A DNA stretch of 64,000 nucleotides from Candidatus Hydrogenedentota bacterium (GCA_045863295.1 BTWA01000006.1:32001-96000); one strand, 5' to 3'; counted from the stretch's first letter, positions 27,832-39,205 are shown. Notes: generated from the sequence alone by a model not told the origin. Made by a program: numbers and translations.

Positions 27832-28333
27832 CGGATTCCTTGTCTTCCCGTGTGTGGCGCCAGCCAAAGAGTAACAACGCTACACCCAGGCATATCCAAG
27901 CATCTGCGACGTTGAATGCCGGATATAGTTTCCATGGTAGATTCAAGTCGATGAAGTAGAAGTGGAACTGAAGGAAATCGATAACACCCCCCCGGACAAT
28001 CCGGTCAAACAGATTTCCCGCGGCGCCCGCCACGACCAGTCCGAAACCGATGGACTGAGTTCGAGACGCCGGATTCAACTGTGGAAACAGATATAATAAG
28101 ATCAGGCTGGCCAATATTGGAGCAGCAAACGGCACAACGGGCACGCCGCTGAACCTTCCACCGATGATTCCCGTATTCCGTTCATGCGTCAGAAAGAAGA
28201 ACGTGTCCGGTTTGAATGGCACGCTTCCGGCGGGAATGGTTCTGTTTATCCACTCCTTGGTGCACTGATCGGACACGATGCCCGCTAATACGGCCAGCGT
28301 GACCCAAAGTAGTTGCTTTTTTCGTTCCGTCAC
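27812..28333 (-). CDS. lspA: Lipoprotein signal peptidase II (start uncertain)
   Basis: DQCTK, NTG, GAAGNLFDR, VIDF and FNVAD motifs. Confidence 0.92.
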   Translation of the reverse strand: MTERKKQLLWVTLAVLAGIVSDQCTKEWINRTIPAGSVPFKPDTFFFLTHERNTGIIGGRFSGVPVVPFAAPILASLILLYLFPQLNPASRTQSIGFGLVVAGAAGNLFDRIVRGGVIDFLQFHFYFIDLNLPWKLYPAFNVADAWICLGVALLLFGWRHTREDKESDVPNAA

Positions 28334-28341
28334 AACGAGGA

Positions 28342-28719
28342 CTACAGGTACCCTTCCTTTTCGATTTTTGACTGGCACTCGACGCAGTATTTTGCAGAGG
28401 GAAACACTTCAAGCCGTTTGCGCATGATTTCCTTTTCGCAACCCAGGCAGGTCCCGTATGTACCTTCTTTGATCCGCTCCAGAGCTTCGTCCACTTCGCT
28501 CAGCCGTGCAGACTCGTTGCTTGCGATTGTCAGCATGGTCTCACGCTCGTAGTTGTCGGTACCCACTTCCGCGTAACTTGAGATGTCCGCGGTATGGTCG
28601 GAAGAAGCGTCAAATTGCGTTTCCTCCTCCAGCGTCTTGAGGCCACGCGACAAGCGGGCACGCTCTTCGAACAGCAGGGTCTCGAACTTCTTCATTTCAC
28701 GTTTGTTCATCCTGACCAA
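28342..28719 (-). CDS. TraR/DksA C4-type zinc-finger protein
   Basis: ALERIKEGTYGTCLGCEKEI...RL...P.AKYCVECQ. Confidence 0.9.
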   Translation of the reverse strand: MVRMNKREMKKFETLLFEERARLSRGLKTLEEETQFDASSDHTADISSYAEVGTDNYERETMLTIASNESARLSEVDEALERIKEGTYGTCLGCEKEIMRKRLEVFPSAKYCVECQSKIEKEGYL

Positions 28720-31543
28720 CTCCTAGTTGCATTGCACATACGTGGCAAATCTGCGCATGGTCCGGGACAGAACCCACCGATTCCCGGACATGCCAGCAAC
28801 GGACACATTTTCCGCCGATAGCCGGCTTTACAGAAGCCAACACCTTGGCCTCGCTGGCTTTTGCCTCGGCGGATACCGGCAATACGACCACTTTCGAAAC
28901 AATGAAGATATCTTCCAATAACGATTTAGACTCGCTGAGGACTTTCGCCAACCCATCCGTGCCCGGTGTGAGCGTTACTTCGGCCTGGAGAGAGGATCCA
29001 ATTTCATTTTTGCGACGGATTTCTTCCAGCTCTTTTGAGACTATACCACGAACTCTGAGAAGTTCAGTCCATTTGGCCACGTCCGCTTCCGGCAACACAT
29101 ATTCAGGTTGCACTTCCGGAAACTGTTCCAGATGGACGGATTCAGAGGTTCGCAACGATGCAGGAAGACTTTCCCATGCTTCGTCGGACGTGAAGGCAAG
29201 AATCGGGGCGGTAATCTTGAGCAAATCCACCAGCACTTGAGCCAGTACAGTTTGGGCCGAGCGCCTTTCCGGCGAGTCTTCCGCAAAGGTATACAATCGG
29301 TCTTTCAGTACATCCAGGTAAAACGCGCTCATGTCCACATTGCAGAAGTTGTGAGTCGCATGGTAAACAACATGGAATTCATAATCGCGATAGGCGGTGA
29401 GGACGCGTTGCTTCAATATCTGTAATTGGTGCAATGCCCATTTGTCGATAGTGGTTAACGATTCGTAAGGCAAAGCCTGGTTTGGATCAAAATCAGCAAG
29501 ATTTCCAAGAATGTACCTGAATGTCCAACGGAAACGCTTATATGCGTCTTGCTGGCGCGTGAGGATTTCGTCCGAGACGCGAATATCTTGACGGTAGTTC
29601 TCGCTCGACACCCAGAGCCGCACAATATCGGCGCCGTAGGTTTTTAGCAGTTGCGGCAATCCGACGTAATTGCCCAGTTTCTTGGACATCGCTTTGCCTT
29701 CGCCATCCACCACATAGCCGTGCGTAAGCACTTCGCGGAAGGGTGGAAGACCTTTGGCCGCGATCGTGGGGATGAGCGACAACTGGAACCAGCCGCGGTG
29801 CTGGTCACTGCCTTCGAGATACATGTCAGCGGGCCACGCCAAACCGGGATGCCGCTCACACACGGCCCGGTTGCTCGCACCGGAGTCAAACCATACATCG
29901 AGGATGTCCGTTTCCTGGACAAATTCGGTATCTCCTGACTTCACACAACGGGCGTCCTTGGGGAGGATTTGAGACGCGGGAGTATCGAACCAACGATCAA
30001 TACCGTCTGTGGCGGAGAGTGCCAGTTGTTCGACACGCTTAAAACTCTCCGGCGTGGCATACACTTCTCCGCTGTTTTTCCCGTAAAAGACCGGAATAGG
30101 GACCCCCCACGCCCGCTGGCGGCTAAGGCACCAGTCCGGACGGGCCTGAATCATGCTGTATATGCGTTCCTTTCCCCATTCGGGAATCCATTTCACCTGT
30201 TCCACAGCACTGAGTGCCTTTTCCCGAAGGCCATTATGACTCATGCTGAGAAACCATTGGGGCGTGGCGCGGAAGATAATAGGGCCGCTACAACGCCAGC
30301 AGTGCGGGTAGCTATGTTGATACGGTTCGTTATGGATCATGGCCTCGGAGGCCCTCAGATCCTCCACGATGACCGGATTCGCTTTGAATACGTGTGTGCC
30401 TTCGTATTTCCCCGCATCTTTGGTGAATAAGCCGCCGTTATCAACCGGAGAAAACGGTTCGATTCCGTATTTGAGGCCAACGACGTAGTCCTCCTGGCCA
30501 TGGCCAGGAGCCGTATGCACGCATCCGGTACCCGCATCAAGCGTCACATGATTGCCGAGTATAACCGGGCAAACCCGATTACTTTCGATTACATGGCGGT
30601 AATTCGAGTGTTCTAAGTCCTTGCCTTGGAATGACTTGATGTGTTTATACCCTTCAATTCCGCAGGCTTGAAACGCCGCAGAAGACAGGTCCGAAGCCAG
30701 TATGAGTATCTCATCCCCCACTTTGTAGGCGCTGTATTCGAAGTCGGGGTGGACACAGATGGCCCGGTTCGCGGGAAGTGTCCATGGGGTGGTCGTCCAA
30801 ATGACGAACGAGACCTTGCCTGGGAGTCCCAAAATCGACCCTTCCGCGGGAAACTTCACATAAATTGAGGGCGAAGTCTTGTCGGCATATTCCACCTCCG
30901 CTTCAGCAAGTGCGGTGCGGCAATTTGGACACCAGTAGATAGGCTTAAGTCCGCGATAGATGCCGCCGGTCTGATAGATTTCCGCAAACGTGCGAATGAT
31001 AGTGGCCACGTATTGTGGACTGAGGGTCAGGTAGGGATTTTCCCATTCGCCGGTGATTCCGAGGCGTTTGAAGTTTTCCCGGTGGATATCGACATACTTG
31101 AGAGCAAATTCCCGGCATCGTTGCCGAATTTCTACCCGGCTGAACGACTTTGCTTTTTCTCCGAGTTCGGTCACAACCTTATGTTCGATTGGGAGACCGT
31201 GGCAGTCCCAGCCAGGTACGTATGGGGCGTCGTAACCGCCCATTTGCTTGGATTTTACAACCAGATCTTTCAAGATCTTATTCAGGGCATGGCCAGAGTG
31301 CAGTTCACCGTTGGCGTAGGGCGGGCCATCGTGGAGGACAAACCTGGGACGATTCTCTGATTGCTTTCGAAGACGACTGTATAGCTCCATGGCATCCCAG
31401 TGCTTGAGCCGTTCCGGTTCACGGGTCGTCAAGGATGCCCGCATAGGAAAGTCGGTCTTCGGCAGGTTTACGGGATACTTGGAGTCGCCCTCGGCAGCAT
31501 CATTGGGTTTTGGCTTGGGGGCGGATTTTGTAACTTCGGCCAC
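28697..31543 (-). CDS. ileS: Isoleucine--tRNA ligase
   Basis: LHDGPPYANG.LHSGH (HIGH), GWDCHGLPIE, WTTTPWT, EGSDQHRGWF, AMSKK (KMSKS-like) and C-terminal zinc finger. Confidence 0.97.
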   Translation of the reverse strand: MAEVTKSAPKPKPNDAAEGDSKYPVNLPKTDFPMRASLTTREPERLKHWDAMELYSRLRKQSENRPRFVLHDGPPYANGELHSGHALNKILKDLVVKSKQMGGYDAPYVPGWDCHGLPIEHKVVTELGEKAKSFSRVEIRQRCREFALKYVDIHRENFKRLGITGEWENPYLTLSPQYVATIIRTFAEIYQTGGIYRGLKPIYWCPNCRTALAEAEVEYADKTSPSIYVKFPAEGSILGLPGKVSFVIWTTTPWTLPANRAICVHPDFEYSAYKVGDEILILASDLSSAAFQACGIEGYKHIKSFQGKDLEHSNYRHVIESNRVCPVILGNHVTLDAGTGCVHTAPGHGQEDYVVGLKYGIEPFSPVDNGGLFTKDAGKYEGTHVFKANPVIVEDLRASEAMIHNEPYQHSYPHCWRCSGPIIFRATPQWFLSMSHNGLREKALSAVEQVKWIPEWGKERIYSMIQARPDWCLSRQRAWGVPIPVFYGKNSGEVYATPESFKRVEQLALSATDGIDRWFDTPASQILPKDARCVKSGDTEFVQETDILDVWFDSGASNRAVCERHPGLAWPADMYLEGSDQHRGWFQLSLIPTIAAKGLPPFREVLTHGYVVDGEGKAMSKKLGNYVGLPQLLKTYGADIVRLWVSSENYRQDIRVSDEILTRQQDAYKRFRWTFRYILGNLADFDPNQALPYESLTTIDKWALHQLQILKQRVLTAYRDYEFHVVYHATHNFCNVDMSAFYLDVLKDRLYTFAEDSPERRSAQTVLAQVLVDLLKITAPILAFTSDEAWESLPASLRTSESVHLEQFPEVQPEYVLPEADVAKWTELLRVRGIVSKELEEIRRKNEIGSSLQAEVTLTPGTDGLAKVLSESKSLLEDIFIVSKVVVLPVSAEAKASEAKVLASVKPAIGGKCVRCWHVRESVGSVPDHAQICHVCAMQLGVGQDEQT

Positions 31544-31702
31544 GGTACTTAGTCTCCAATAAGCCGGGGACTGTATCACAGTCCCTAAATGAATTCAAGG
31601 ATTGACAAGGGTTTAGAACGATTTCAGCGGTCCAGAATGGGATGGCTGTTTGGGCACCGATAAGTACAACTTGCCCAAGGTCATTCTAATAAACGCAAAG
31701 GG

Positions 31703-32587
31703 TTATGCGCAGGCACTGGGCGGTTTTTCGAGGAGTAATATGGCAAGGCCATGCGAGACGACCTGCTGGCGCGATTTAACGCATCTTTCCACATTCTTGT
31801 GAATCCATATTGGATCGAAGAGTTTGGCCACAATCGATCGAAGCGACAGCGGATTCTCGGTAGTCCGGCAATATCGTTCGTACCAACCGCTGGTACGTTC
31901 TTGATAAAGGCTTGATTCCACTAAAGTTAGGCCACTTGGAACAATAATTCGCGCCTCGATTGTATTCCAGTCGTACCATCGGCCAAAAAAATAGCGCCCG
32001 GCATCGTCTTTCGGCTGGGATCCGAATGGATCTTTCTTCGACCATATTTCGCGGTACTCCGGAACACAGGGCACCGTAATGACCACCCTCCCTCCTGGGC
32101 GGAGTACCCTGGAAATCTCTTTGATCGCCAAAGTATCCCCTTGGTTGGGAATATGTTCGAGTACGCTAACCGAATAGGCGAATGCATAAATGGCATCGGG
32201 AAGAGGCATCTTGGTGGCATCAAATAGAGCCCCTTGAATTGTGCCGGGAGATGCCGATCGACCGTACATTCGGCATTCTCTTGCGAGATAGGGCACGATG
32301 TCCGAAACGTGGATGTGGGCTCCCGTTCGTTTAGCCATGTGCATGGCCAATCCTCGTGGGCTACCCACGTCCAAGACAGGTGTTTCCCCGCGATGTGAAT
32401 GAAGCACCGCCGGGAACTCGATGTATCGCCAACTGTCGATGGGGCACAGCAACAGCCGGATCGCCTGTCGCAATTCATGTGCGCTACCAGCCCGCACCAA
32501 ATTGCGTAAACCACACGCAAACCCGGCCCGCCACAAAGCGCAAGATTCGGCCCAGTCGGCGGCAGGCAAAGTCATGACGATTGCCAA
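31703..32587 (-). CDS. Class I SAM-dependent methyltransferase
   Basis: VLDVGS, DATKMP, SVSVLEHI and RVLRPGG motifs. Confidence 0.85.
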   Translation of the reverse strand: MAIVMTLPAADWAESCALWRAGFACGLRNLVRAGSAHELRQAIRLLLCPIDSWRYIEFPAVLHSHRGETPVLDVGSPRGLAMHMAKRTGAHIHVSDIVPYLARECRMYGRSASPGTIQGALFDATKMPLPDAIYAFAYSVSVLEHIPNQGDTLAIKEISRVLRPGGRVVITVPCVPEYREIWSKKDPFGSQPKDDAGRYFFGRWYDWNTIEARIIVPSGLTLVESSLYQERTSGWYERYCRTTENPLSLRSIVAKLFDPIWIHKNVERCVKSRQQVVSHGLAILLLEKPPSACA

Positions 32588-32597
32588 CGAAGATTCA

Positions 32598-35057
32598 TTA
32601 TCCGCCCAGTTTGCTCCTCAAAGCAGCAAGCTGGTCGGCCAGTTGGGAGTTGCTCAAATGTCCGCCGTCGCCGCGGACAGCCACCGGCACCTTCTTCTGC
32701 CCTTGAGGTTTGTGACGGGGCTTTTTGGGCACACGCGGGGATTCGGCGGGGGGTATGGGCATGCGAACGTCTGCTGTTTGGATGCGCTCAGCGGCCTGAC
32801 GCGACCCGCTTTCGACGGGTTGTGGCGCTTCAGCGTTTTCGTTTTCAGACCTCCGTCTGCGCCTGGGCGGTCTAGTTTCGGCTGGGGGCAACAACTGTCG
32901 CATCGAAAGTGAGATTCGCGGAAGTTCCTTGTCGACTTTAATGACTTTAATTCGGACGATGTCCCCCACTTTGACCACGTCACGCGGATCTTGCACGAAT
33001 CGATTTGCCAACTCTGACAAATGCACGAGGCCATCCTGGTGGACGCCGATATCCACAAAAGCGCCAAAATCAGTCACGTTTGTGACTACTCCTTCGCACT
33101 CCATCCCCACTTCCAACAATTGAATACTGTCGACTCCGTCGATGAATCTAGGAATCTTGAATTCCTTGCGCGGATCGCGTCGTGGTTTCAGGAGTTCGTC
33201 CCGAATATCAGCGAGGGCGCGGGGTCCCATGACTTCGTTTTGATACTTGGACAAATCGAAGTCCTTGAGAACCGTGGGATTCGCCAACAAGTCGGCAATT
33301 GATAGGCCCAGGTCAAGAGCGATTTGTTCGACCACTGGGTAGGCTTCCGGGTGGATACCCGTCGCCTCCAGTGGGTTGTCTCCCGTGGGAAGTCGGAGGA
33401 ATCCTGCACATTGTTCGAAAACCTTTGGCCCCATTCCTTCCACGAAGAGCAACTGTTGTCGAGACTTGTACAGACCCTCTTTCGCGCGATGCTCCACAAT
33501 TGTCCGCGCCGTCGTAATATTGATTCCGCTAACGTAGCGAAGAAGCGGCGCCGAGGCAGTGTTCAAGTCAACGCCAACACGGTTTACACACGATACCACT
33601 GTTCGGTGCAGGCCTTCGCGCAGGCTCTTTTGATTCACGTCGTGCTGATACTGGCCGACGCCAATATGTCGGGGTTCGATTCGGACCAATTCGGCCAGGG
33701 GATCCTGCAAGCGGCGTGCGATTGAAACCGCGCCACGTACCGTGGGATCGAGATCAGGAAATTCTTCACGTGCAATCTTCGAAGTAGAATAGATGGATGC
33801 GCCGGCCTCGTTCACGAATGCAACAAAAATGGTGTTCGAAGGCTTCTTGGCCAGTGTGCTTTTCACGAATCGAGCTGCTTCACGGCCTGCCGTGCCGTTG
33901 CCGATGGCGATAGCCTGTATGTTGTGCTTTTCTATAAGCGCGAGCAGCGTCGTTTCGGCGCCTTCGACATCGTTTTGCGGCGGCGTAGGAAACACGACGG
34001 CGCTTTCCACAAATGAACCATTCGCATCGACAATCGCCAGTTTACAGCCAGTTCGCATGCCAGGATCCAGGCCGATAACCTTTAATGCTCCCGCAGGTGC
34101 GGACAAGAGGAGGTTTTCCGCATTCTCGCGAAAGACACGTATAGCCTCATCATCGGATCGCTCCTGGACGATAGCCTTTACCTCACTTTCGATTGACGGA
34201 CGCAACAAGCGGAAGTAGGAGTCTTCCACGGCTTCCCTAAGTAACGGCTCAAACAATGTGCCGGGCTGATGCAGAATGTAGGCCAGTATATCGTGAGTCG
34301 CGGTTGCATCGTCCAGTGCCAGTTCCATCCGGAGAAGACCTTCTTTCACACCCCTGACGATAGCGAGAAATCGATGTGAGGGAATCTTGGCAACCGGTTC
34401 TTGAAATGCGTAGTACGTTTCGTATTTGGTTTTGAGCCCTTCGGCATTTTTGGTGGGATGCGCGGTCACTGTGCCGGCCATCAAGAAGCGTTCCCGCAAC
34501 ATATGTCGAATTCCGAGATCCAAGGCAATTCGTTCGGCCAATATAAATCGAGCGCCTTCCAGTGCTTCCTCGGGCGACGAAACGGATCTATCGGCGCGAA
34601 CAAATTCGGAGATTACTTCGTCGAACGGTTTGCCTGTTGAAAGCTGTGCCCATATGAAATCGGCGAGGGGTTCGAGGCCTTTCTCACGCGCCATCGTTGC
34701 CTTGGTCCGCCGCTGCTTGCGGTAGGGCAGGTAGATGTCTTCAAGCAGTCGCTTGTCAAAACAGTTTTCAATACTTTCGCGCAACTCCTGCGTAAGCTTG
34801 CCGTCCTTTTCAATATTCTCGAGAACAGTCAGTTTTCTCGCAGCCAGCGCCGCGTAGTAGGCCATGCGGTCGGCCACAATTTCGAGTTGAACTTCGTTTA
34901 GGCCGCCGGTAACGTCCTTCCGGTATCGCGCGATGAATGGGATGGTAGACCCTTCGTCAAAGAGTTGAATGGCTTTGACGGCATTGGTATCCGAAATGCC
35001 TGCTTCGTGTGCGACCCGCTGAATATACTTCGAATCTAACATGAACACCACCCCCAT
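32598..35057 (-). CDS. tex: Tex-family RNA-binding transcription accessory protein
   Basis: TIPFIARYRK, GLDPGMRTGCK, VNEAGAS and IGVGQYQHDV motifs; C-terminal S1 domain. Confidence 0.95.
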   Translation of the reverse strand: MGVVFMLDSKYIQRVAHEAGISDTNAVKAIQLFDEGSTIPFIARYRKDVTGGLNEVQLEIVADRMAYYAALAARKLTVLENIEKDGKLTQELRESIENCFDKRLLEDIYLPYRKQRRTKATMAREKGLEPLADFIWAQLSTGKPFDEVISEFVRADRSVSSPEEALEGARFILAERIALDLGIRHMLRERFLMAGTVTAHPTKNAEGLKTKYETYYAFQEPVAKIPSHRFLAIVRGVKEGLLRMELALDDATATHDILAYILHQPGTLFEPLLREAVEDSYFRLLRPSIESEVKAIVQERSDDEAIRVFRENAENLLLSAPAGALKVIGLDPGMRTGCKLAIVDANGSFVESAVVFPTPPQNDVEGAETTLLALIEKHNIQAIAIGNGTAGREAARFVKSTLAKKPSNTIFVAFVNEAGASIYSTSKIAREEFPDLDPTVRGAVSIARRLQDPLAELVRIEPRHIGVGQYQHDVNQKSLREGLHRTVVSCVNRVGVDLNTASAPLLRYVSGINITTARTIVEHRAKEGLYKSRQQLLFVEGMGPKVFEQCAGFLRLPTGDNPLEATGIHPEAYPVVEQIALDLGLSIADLLANPTVLKDFDLSKYQNEVMGPRALADIRDELLKPRRDPRKEFKIPRFIDGVDSIQLLEVGMECEGVVTNVTDFGAFVDIGVHQDGLVHLSELANRFVQDPRDVVKVGDIVRIKVIKVDKELPRISLSMRQLLPPAETRPPRRRRRSENENAEAPQPVESGSRQAAERIQTADVRMPIPPAESPRVPKKPRHKPQGQKKVPVAVRGDGGHLSNSQLADQLAALRSKLGG

Positions 35058-35311
35058 CTTACTACCTAACCCGGATACTTCACGAACAAGCGCCGTTACG
35101 GTCCAAGCCGCCCAATAACGTTACATTGTTTGGAATCCAATGGAGGTTTTCTCATACAAAACCTCCGCCCAAGTGCCGGAATCGACGCTGATTCAGAGAC
35201 CCGAAGCTGCTCGACTGCACGCTGCGAACACAGGATGGCAACGCGCCTTCGATCATGCGAGTCTACCAAAGAACGGTACATTTCACAATTACCCCAAGTT
35301 TCACGAATTCA

Positions 35312-37471
35312 TTACAACACGATATCAATCTGCACGGTTTCCGCATTATTCATGAAGCTTAGGCGTAGGAGCTGATTTTCGTCATCCCACCGCCATGTGT
35401 GCACAATCAACCCGCCCACGGTGACTTGGGCCGGGGCCTTTGGAAGAGCAACGCATAACACGGCCTTTGTCCCGAAGGGGCCTGTTGCGGAAAACGAAAA
35501 TTGGCTGGCGCGGGTGGATGTATTGCGTATTCTCGCGCTTGCCGCGAGGACCTTTGGAGAGGGTTGGTTGCGTGCTTGCCAATCCAGGTCCATCAGGAGG
35601 GCCGTGCTGCCGGGATGGAAGACCGGATCGCGCAGCAGCGGCAGGTCAGGCGAAAACAGGTCAACGTAACGGCCCTGCACGGTGAGTGGGTCCGCGCTTT
35701 GCGCTTCATCCATGACCGCGATGATGGCATAGGGTCCCCGATTTACGCGGAGGTAGTGTTGGGTGTTTAACGGTTGACCAGCTGCCTCAAGCAATTCGCG
35801 AACACCATTGAGGACTGTCTGATGTCCGGTTGCATCACGTGCAAGAAGGCTGGGACGGACTTTCAGCACCCGCACAATGCCACTTCCGATTGCTTGATTG
35901 TCAATTGCATCGGTATTTGGCAATTGCAGCCGCTGAAACAGGTCATCCTGCGGAATTCTGTTTGATTCACCAAAGTTATTCCACCATTCACGAACGTGAT
36001 TGTATGGATCCGAGGCGTCGTCTATAAACAGCAATAACCCACCTTTTCGAACCCAATCGACGATTGCGTCATGATATGCCGGTCTTAATGGCTTTTGGTG
36101 CTCGTAGGTGAGCACCAGGAGTTTGTAAGGCGAAAGCGCTCCGGGCTGTAGCGAGTTTTCCAGTTGCATGAGTCCCAGGGGGATGCCCGCTTTAACTAAG
36201 GGCATCGCAAGACCAAAGAATCCGCCCAGCCGGGCATCGCTCGAATTGGGGTTGGCTCTCTGAAACATCATGGTGTCAGACACGACAACCCCGATACCGC
36301 CGGAACCGGCCTCCACGTTAACCTGCGTCTGGTTCATATCATTGAGAGCGTTGCAAATGGTGAGAATCTCGGCGGCGTATTCAGCCGGAATCCCACCTCG
36401 TTTATCCTTGGAATCCAAGTCGGTCAAAGGATAGCTGCCTTTGAAGATACGGCTTGGCCATGGCATGACTTCAAATCGATGCACTTGAGGCCACATGAGC
36501 GAGGCAACAACAGTCGCCTCGTAGTTTTTTTTGTAATCTGCCCAACTGCGATCCGGGTTGTCTTCAACTGGATCTGTCAAAAACCAGACCTTTTTGCCTG
36601 TGGGCTGAACCATGCCGAACATTTGCCCGTATTCAAGATAGGCCGTCTCAAACGTGCGCTCTTTTAACAGTCCCTTGTATTCGTTCTGAGATCGCGCTGT
36701 GCCGGTCCATACTTGTGCGATATATCCATCCAGTTGTGGAATGTCTATCAGGTGTGATTCCGGGCTAACGATGCGCCACTGTGCATAATTGATAAGGCTG
36801 TGCGTTGGAACGTGACACTCAATTTGAATGCCCTTTTTCGTTGCTTCCTCATCCACAAACTCAAATACTCCCTTCAACGCATTGAAATAGAGTTCGTACT
36901 TGAGCTTGCTTGCACGGTATTGGGCATCCGGACTGCTGTCGGGCTCTTGCCAAGGCACTCCGTAGAATCGCTGCCATTCAGATTTGAAGGCCTCGCTCCA
37001 ACCGGTTTCAGCCCAATACTCGGGCTCTTCAAGAAACACACCTCTGACTCCAAAGTCCAATGCGGGTCTGAGATAATCTTTGATGTACTCGATATATGAA
37101 GGTGTGGGGACATTGTATCCGACGTCGACACTGTTTCCGTGCATAAACAATCGGCCAGACTTGGTGGTCTGGACCTCTTGTTTCTTGAAAGCGTCTCCGG
37201 AGCCGTAGTACGAACCGTATCCACCCCATGAAATACCGGTCATTAAGGAGATTTCGTATCCGTTTTCGCGCCACACGCTAGCCCTCTTTTCGAAATCACC
37301 CGTTCCGTAGACAATGGCCATGTCTGAGGCTATGTGAGTCTCTGGTGCGAACGGGGCATGCTCTTGAAAACAGGTGAAGTCCGAATAAGCGTCGTCTGCG
37401 CTGCAAATTGGGTCGAATGCGGCCATTAAACACAAGAGGAGCCACGGCATCCAAGCACGGCCAGCCCTCAT
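35312..37471 (-). CDS. Secreted hypothetical protein, glycoside-hydrolase-like
   Basis: Signal peptide; LEEPEYW; long uninterrupted ORF with a beta-rich C-terminus. Confidence 0.65.
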   Translation of the reverse strand: MRAGRAWMPWLLLCLMAAFDPICSADDAYSDFTCFQEHAPFAPETHIASDMAIVYGTGDFEKRASVWRENGYEISLMTGISWGGYGSYYGSGDAFKKQEVQTTKSGRLFMHGNSVDVGYNVPTPSYIEYIKDYLRPALDFGVRGVFLEEPEYWAETGWSEAFKSEWQRFYGVPWQEPDSSPDAQYRASKLKYELYFNALKGVFEFVDEEATKKGIQIECHVPTHSLINYAQWRIVSPESHLIDIPQLDGYIAQVWTGTARSQNEYKGLLKERTFETAYLEYGQMFGMVQPTGKKVWFLTDPVEDNPDRSWADYKKNYEATVVASLMWPQVHRFEVMPWPSRIFKGSYPLTDLDSKDKRGGIPAEYAAEILTICNALNDMNQTQVNVEAGSGGIGVVVSDTMMFQRANPNSSDARLGGFFGLAMPLVKAGIPLGLMQLENSLQPGALSPYKLLVLTYEHQKPLRPAYHDAIVDWVRKGGLLLFIDDASDPYNHVREWWNNFGESNRIPQDDLFQRLQLPNTDAIDNQAIGSGIVRVLKVRPSLLARDATGHQTVLNGVRELLEAAGQPLNTQHYLRVNRGPYAIIAVMDEAQSADPLTVQGRYVDLFSPDLPLLRDPVFHPGSTALLMDLDWQARNQPSPKVLAASARIRNTSTRASQFSFSATGPFGTKAVLCVALPKAPAQVTVGGLIVHTWRWDDENQLLRLSFMNNAETVQIDIVL

Positions 37472-37510
37472 TGTACTCCCCCACTTCCGCCGACTCACTT
37501 CCGGCAAAGA

Positions 37511-38797
37511 ATGACCATAGCACCTGACCGGGTGTCAGTCAATGCACTATGGACCCAACTTGAGCGGATTGGTACGATGGCGCGCATGACGACTCAACGG
37601 CTTTCCATTACCCCTCGCCTGCGCGAGCGTATGGCCTATGTTAAATTCAAGGGGCCGACCCCTCGTATGCTCGTTTTGCGCAGCCAGTACTGGCTCGACG
37701 GTGCATGCCTCCGCGCGGCGGAGTCTCTGGGTTGGCAGGTAACAAGCGTTCCAACGGTAATGGAAGGGGTATTGTCCAAAAAGCTTTTGGGAGAGTTCAT
37801 TGCCAAGGTATTTGAGTTTCGTCCCGACTTTATTCTTTGTGTTAATTTTGGTGGACTGGATCTTGATGGCATTATCGCGAACTTTCTCTTTGATCTGAAT
37901 CTGCCGTTCGTCGTCTGGGTCGTTGACGACCCGCGAACTATATTGATGGATACCCGCACCCAAGTAACGGACAATACAGTCGTGCTCACGTGGGATCGCG
38001 CCTATATATCGTATTTAAGCGGGTTAGGCTTTAAACATATTCACTGGATTCCGTTGGCGACGGATACCACGTTATTCAACTCCGAGCCGCCCGGCTACTG
38101 GTCCCGTTCACCTTCCTTTGTCGGTAATTCCATGGTCGATTTCTCCCATCGCGAATGGTTACCACTGCTACATCAGCCTGTTCTTAAAACATTTGTTGAG
38201 TATGCCTTTGCTGAAGGTCTAGTCACGCGTGACCGGTTCGGCGAGGGGATCGAAGCGATATTGGGGTCAGACATTGTTTCGGCTTTGGATGCCGAAACCC
38301 GGCGCCGGGTCGAAATGATCTTTTTTATTGAGGGAACTCGTCGATTGCGTCATGCGATTGTCGAGCGACTCGCAAGCGAAGGTCTGACGGTTTATGGAGA
38401 CGAAGGTTGGAGCGATATCCTCTGCCAATCAGGCGGTTGGATTGGATATGAAGCAGAGTTGCCGGCATTCTACCGGGAGTGCCCACTAAATCTCAATGTA
38501 ACCAGCATTCAAATGCCGAATGCTGTAAATCAGCGTGTTTTTGATTGTCCCGCCGCGGGCGGATTTTTGTTGACAGACAATCAACCTGATCTGGACGTGC
38601 TGTTTTCAAAGGATTCTGAAACGGCGGTCTATCACTCTCTCGAGGATTGTGTCGAGAAGTTTCGATTTTACATGAACAATCCGCGTGCCCGCACCGCAAT
38701 TACGGAGCGCGCGCGTACGCGTATTCTGGAAGAGCATACCTATGCGCATCGATTGTGGGCGATTGAAGGAATCTTGAAGTCGATTTTTGCATCCTAG
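37511..38797 (+). CDS. CgeB-like glycosyltransferase
   Basis: WVVDDP, PLATD, SFVG, NQRVFDCPAAGGFLLTD and EHTYAHR motifs. Confidence 0.85.
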   Translation: MTIAPDRVSVNALWTQLERIGTMARMTTQRLSITPRLRERMAYVKFKGPTPRMLVLRSQYWLDGACLRAAESLGWQVTSVPTVMEGVLSKKLLGEFIAKVFEFRPDFILCVNFGGLDLDGIIANFLFDLNLPFVVWVVDDPRTILMDTRTQVTDNTVVLTWDRAYISYLSGLGFKHIHWIPLATDTTLFNSEPPGYWSRSPSFVGNSMVDFSHREWLPLLHQPVLKTFVEYAFAEGLVTRDRFGEGIEAILGSDIVSALDAETRRRVEMIFFIEGTRRLRHAIVERLASEGLTVYGDEGWSDILCQSGGWIGYEAELPAFYRECPLNLNVTSIQMPNAVNQRVFDCPAAGGFLLTDNQPDLDVLFSKDSETAVYHSLEDCVEKFRFYMNNPRARTAITERARTRILEEHTYAHRLWAIEGILKSIFAS

Positions 38798-38810
38798 CCA
38801 GCCGACGCGA

Positions 38811-39188
38811 TCAATCCGGGTCCTGGACTTCGTATTCTACGCTATCAATCATATCGATCATTGCGCGCACGGCGTTTTCAATGGAATCGAGTCTATCCAC
38901 GATCTCACGATTGGACTTGGGCTTTCCTTCTCCGCGAATTTCCTTGGCAATTTGGATTCGCGCACCGTCAAGCGTCATACCTTCATAACGCACCAACTGC
39001 TTCACGCGGCGAGCGACGTCGATGTCCTTTCTAAGATAGAAGCGCTGTTTGGCTCGATTGCGGCCTGGACGAAGTTGTGGGATTTTCTTTTCCCATTCGC
39101 GAAGTACGTGATCTCTGAGATCCAGGATTTCGCAGACTTCCGAAATCGTGTATCGGCGATCAGGGAGCGCGTCTTCAGTTAATTTCAT
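38811..39188 (-). CDS. MerR-family transcriptional regulator
   Basis: YTISEVCEILDLRDHVLREWE...R.Y...EGMTLDGA. Confidence 0.88.
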   Translation of the reverse strand: MKLTEDALPDRRYTISEVCEILDLRDHVLREWEKKIPQLRPGRNRAKQRFYLRKDIDVARRVKQLVRYEGMTLDGARIQIAKEIRGEGKPKSNREIVDRLDSIENAVRAMIDMIDSVEYEVQDPD

Positions 39189-39205
39189 GGCGATGGTTTC
39201 CGTGA

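Noticed and set aside
26947..31543. dksA/traR-like gene inserted between ileS and lspA
   Set aside because: This gene order is known from other bacterial lineages and is not novel.
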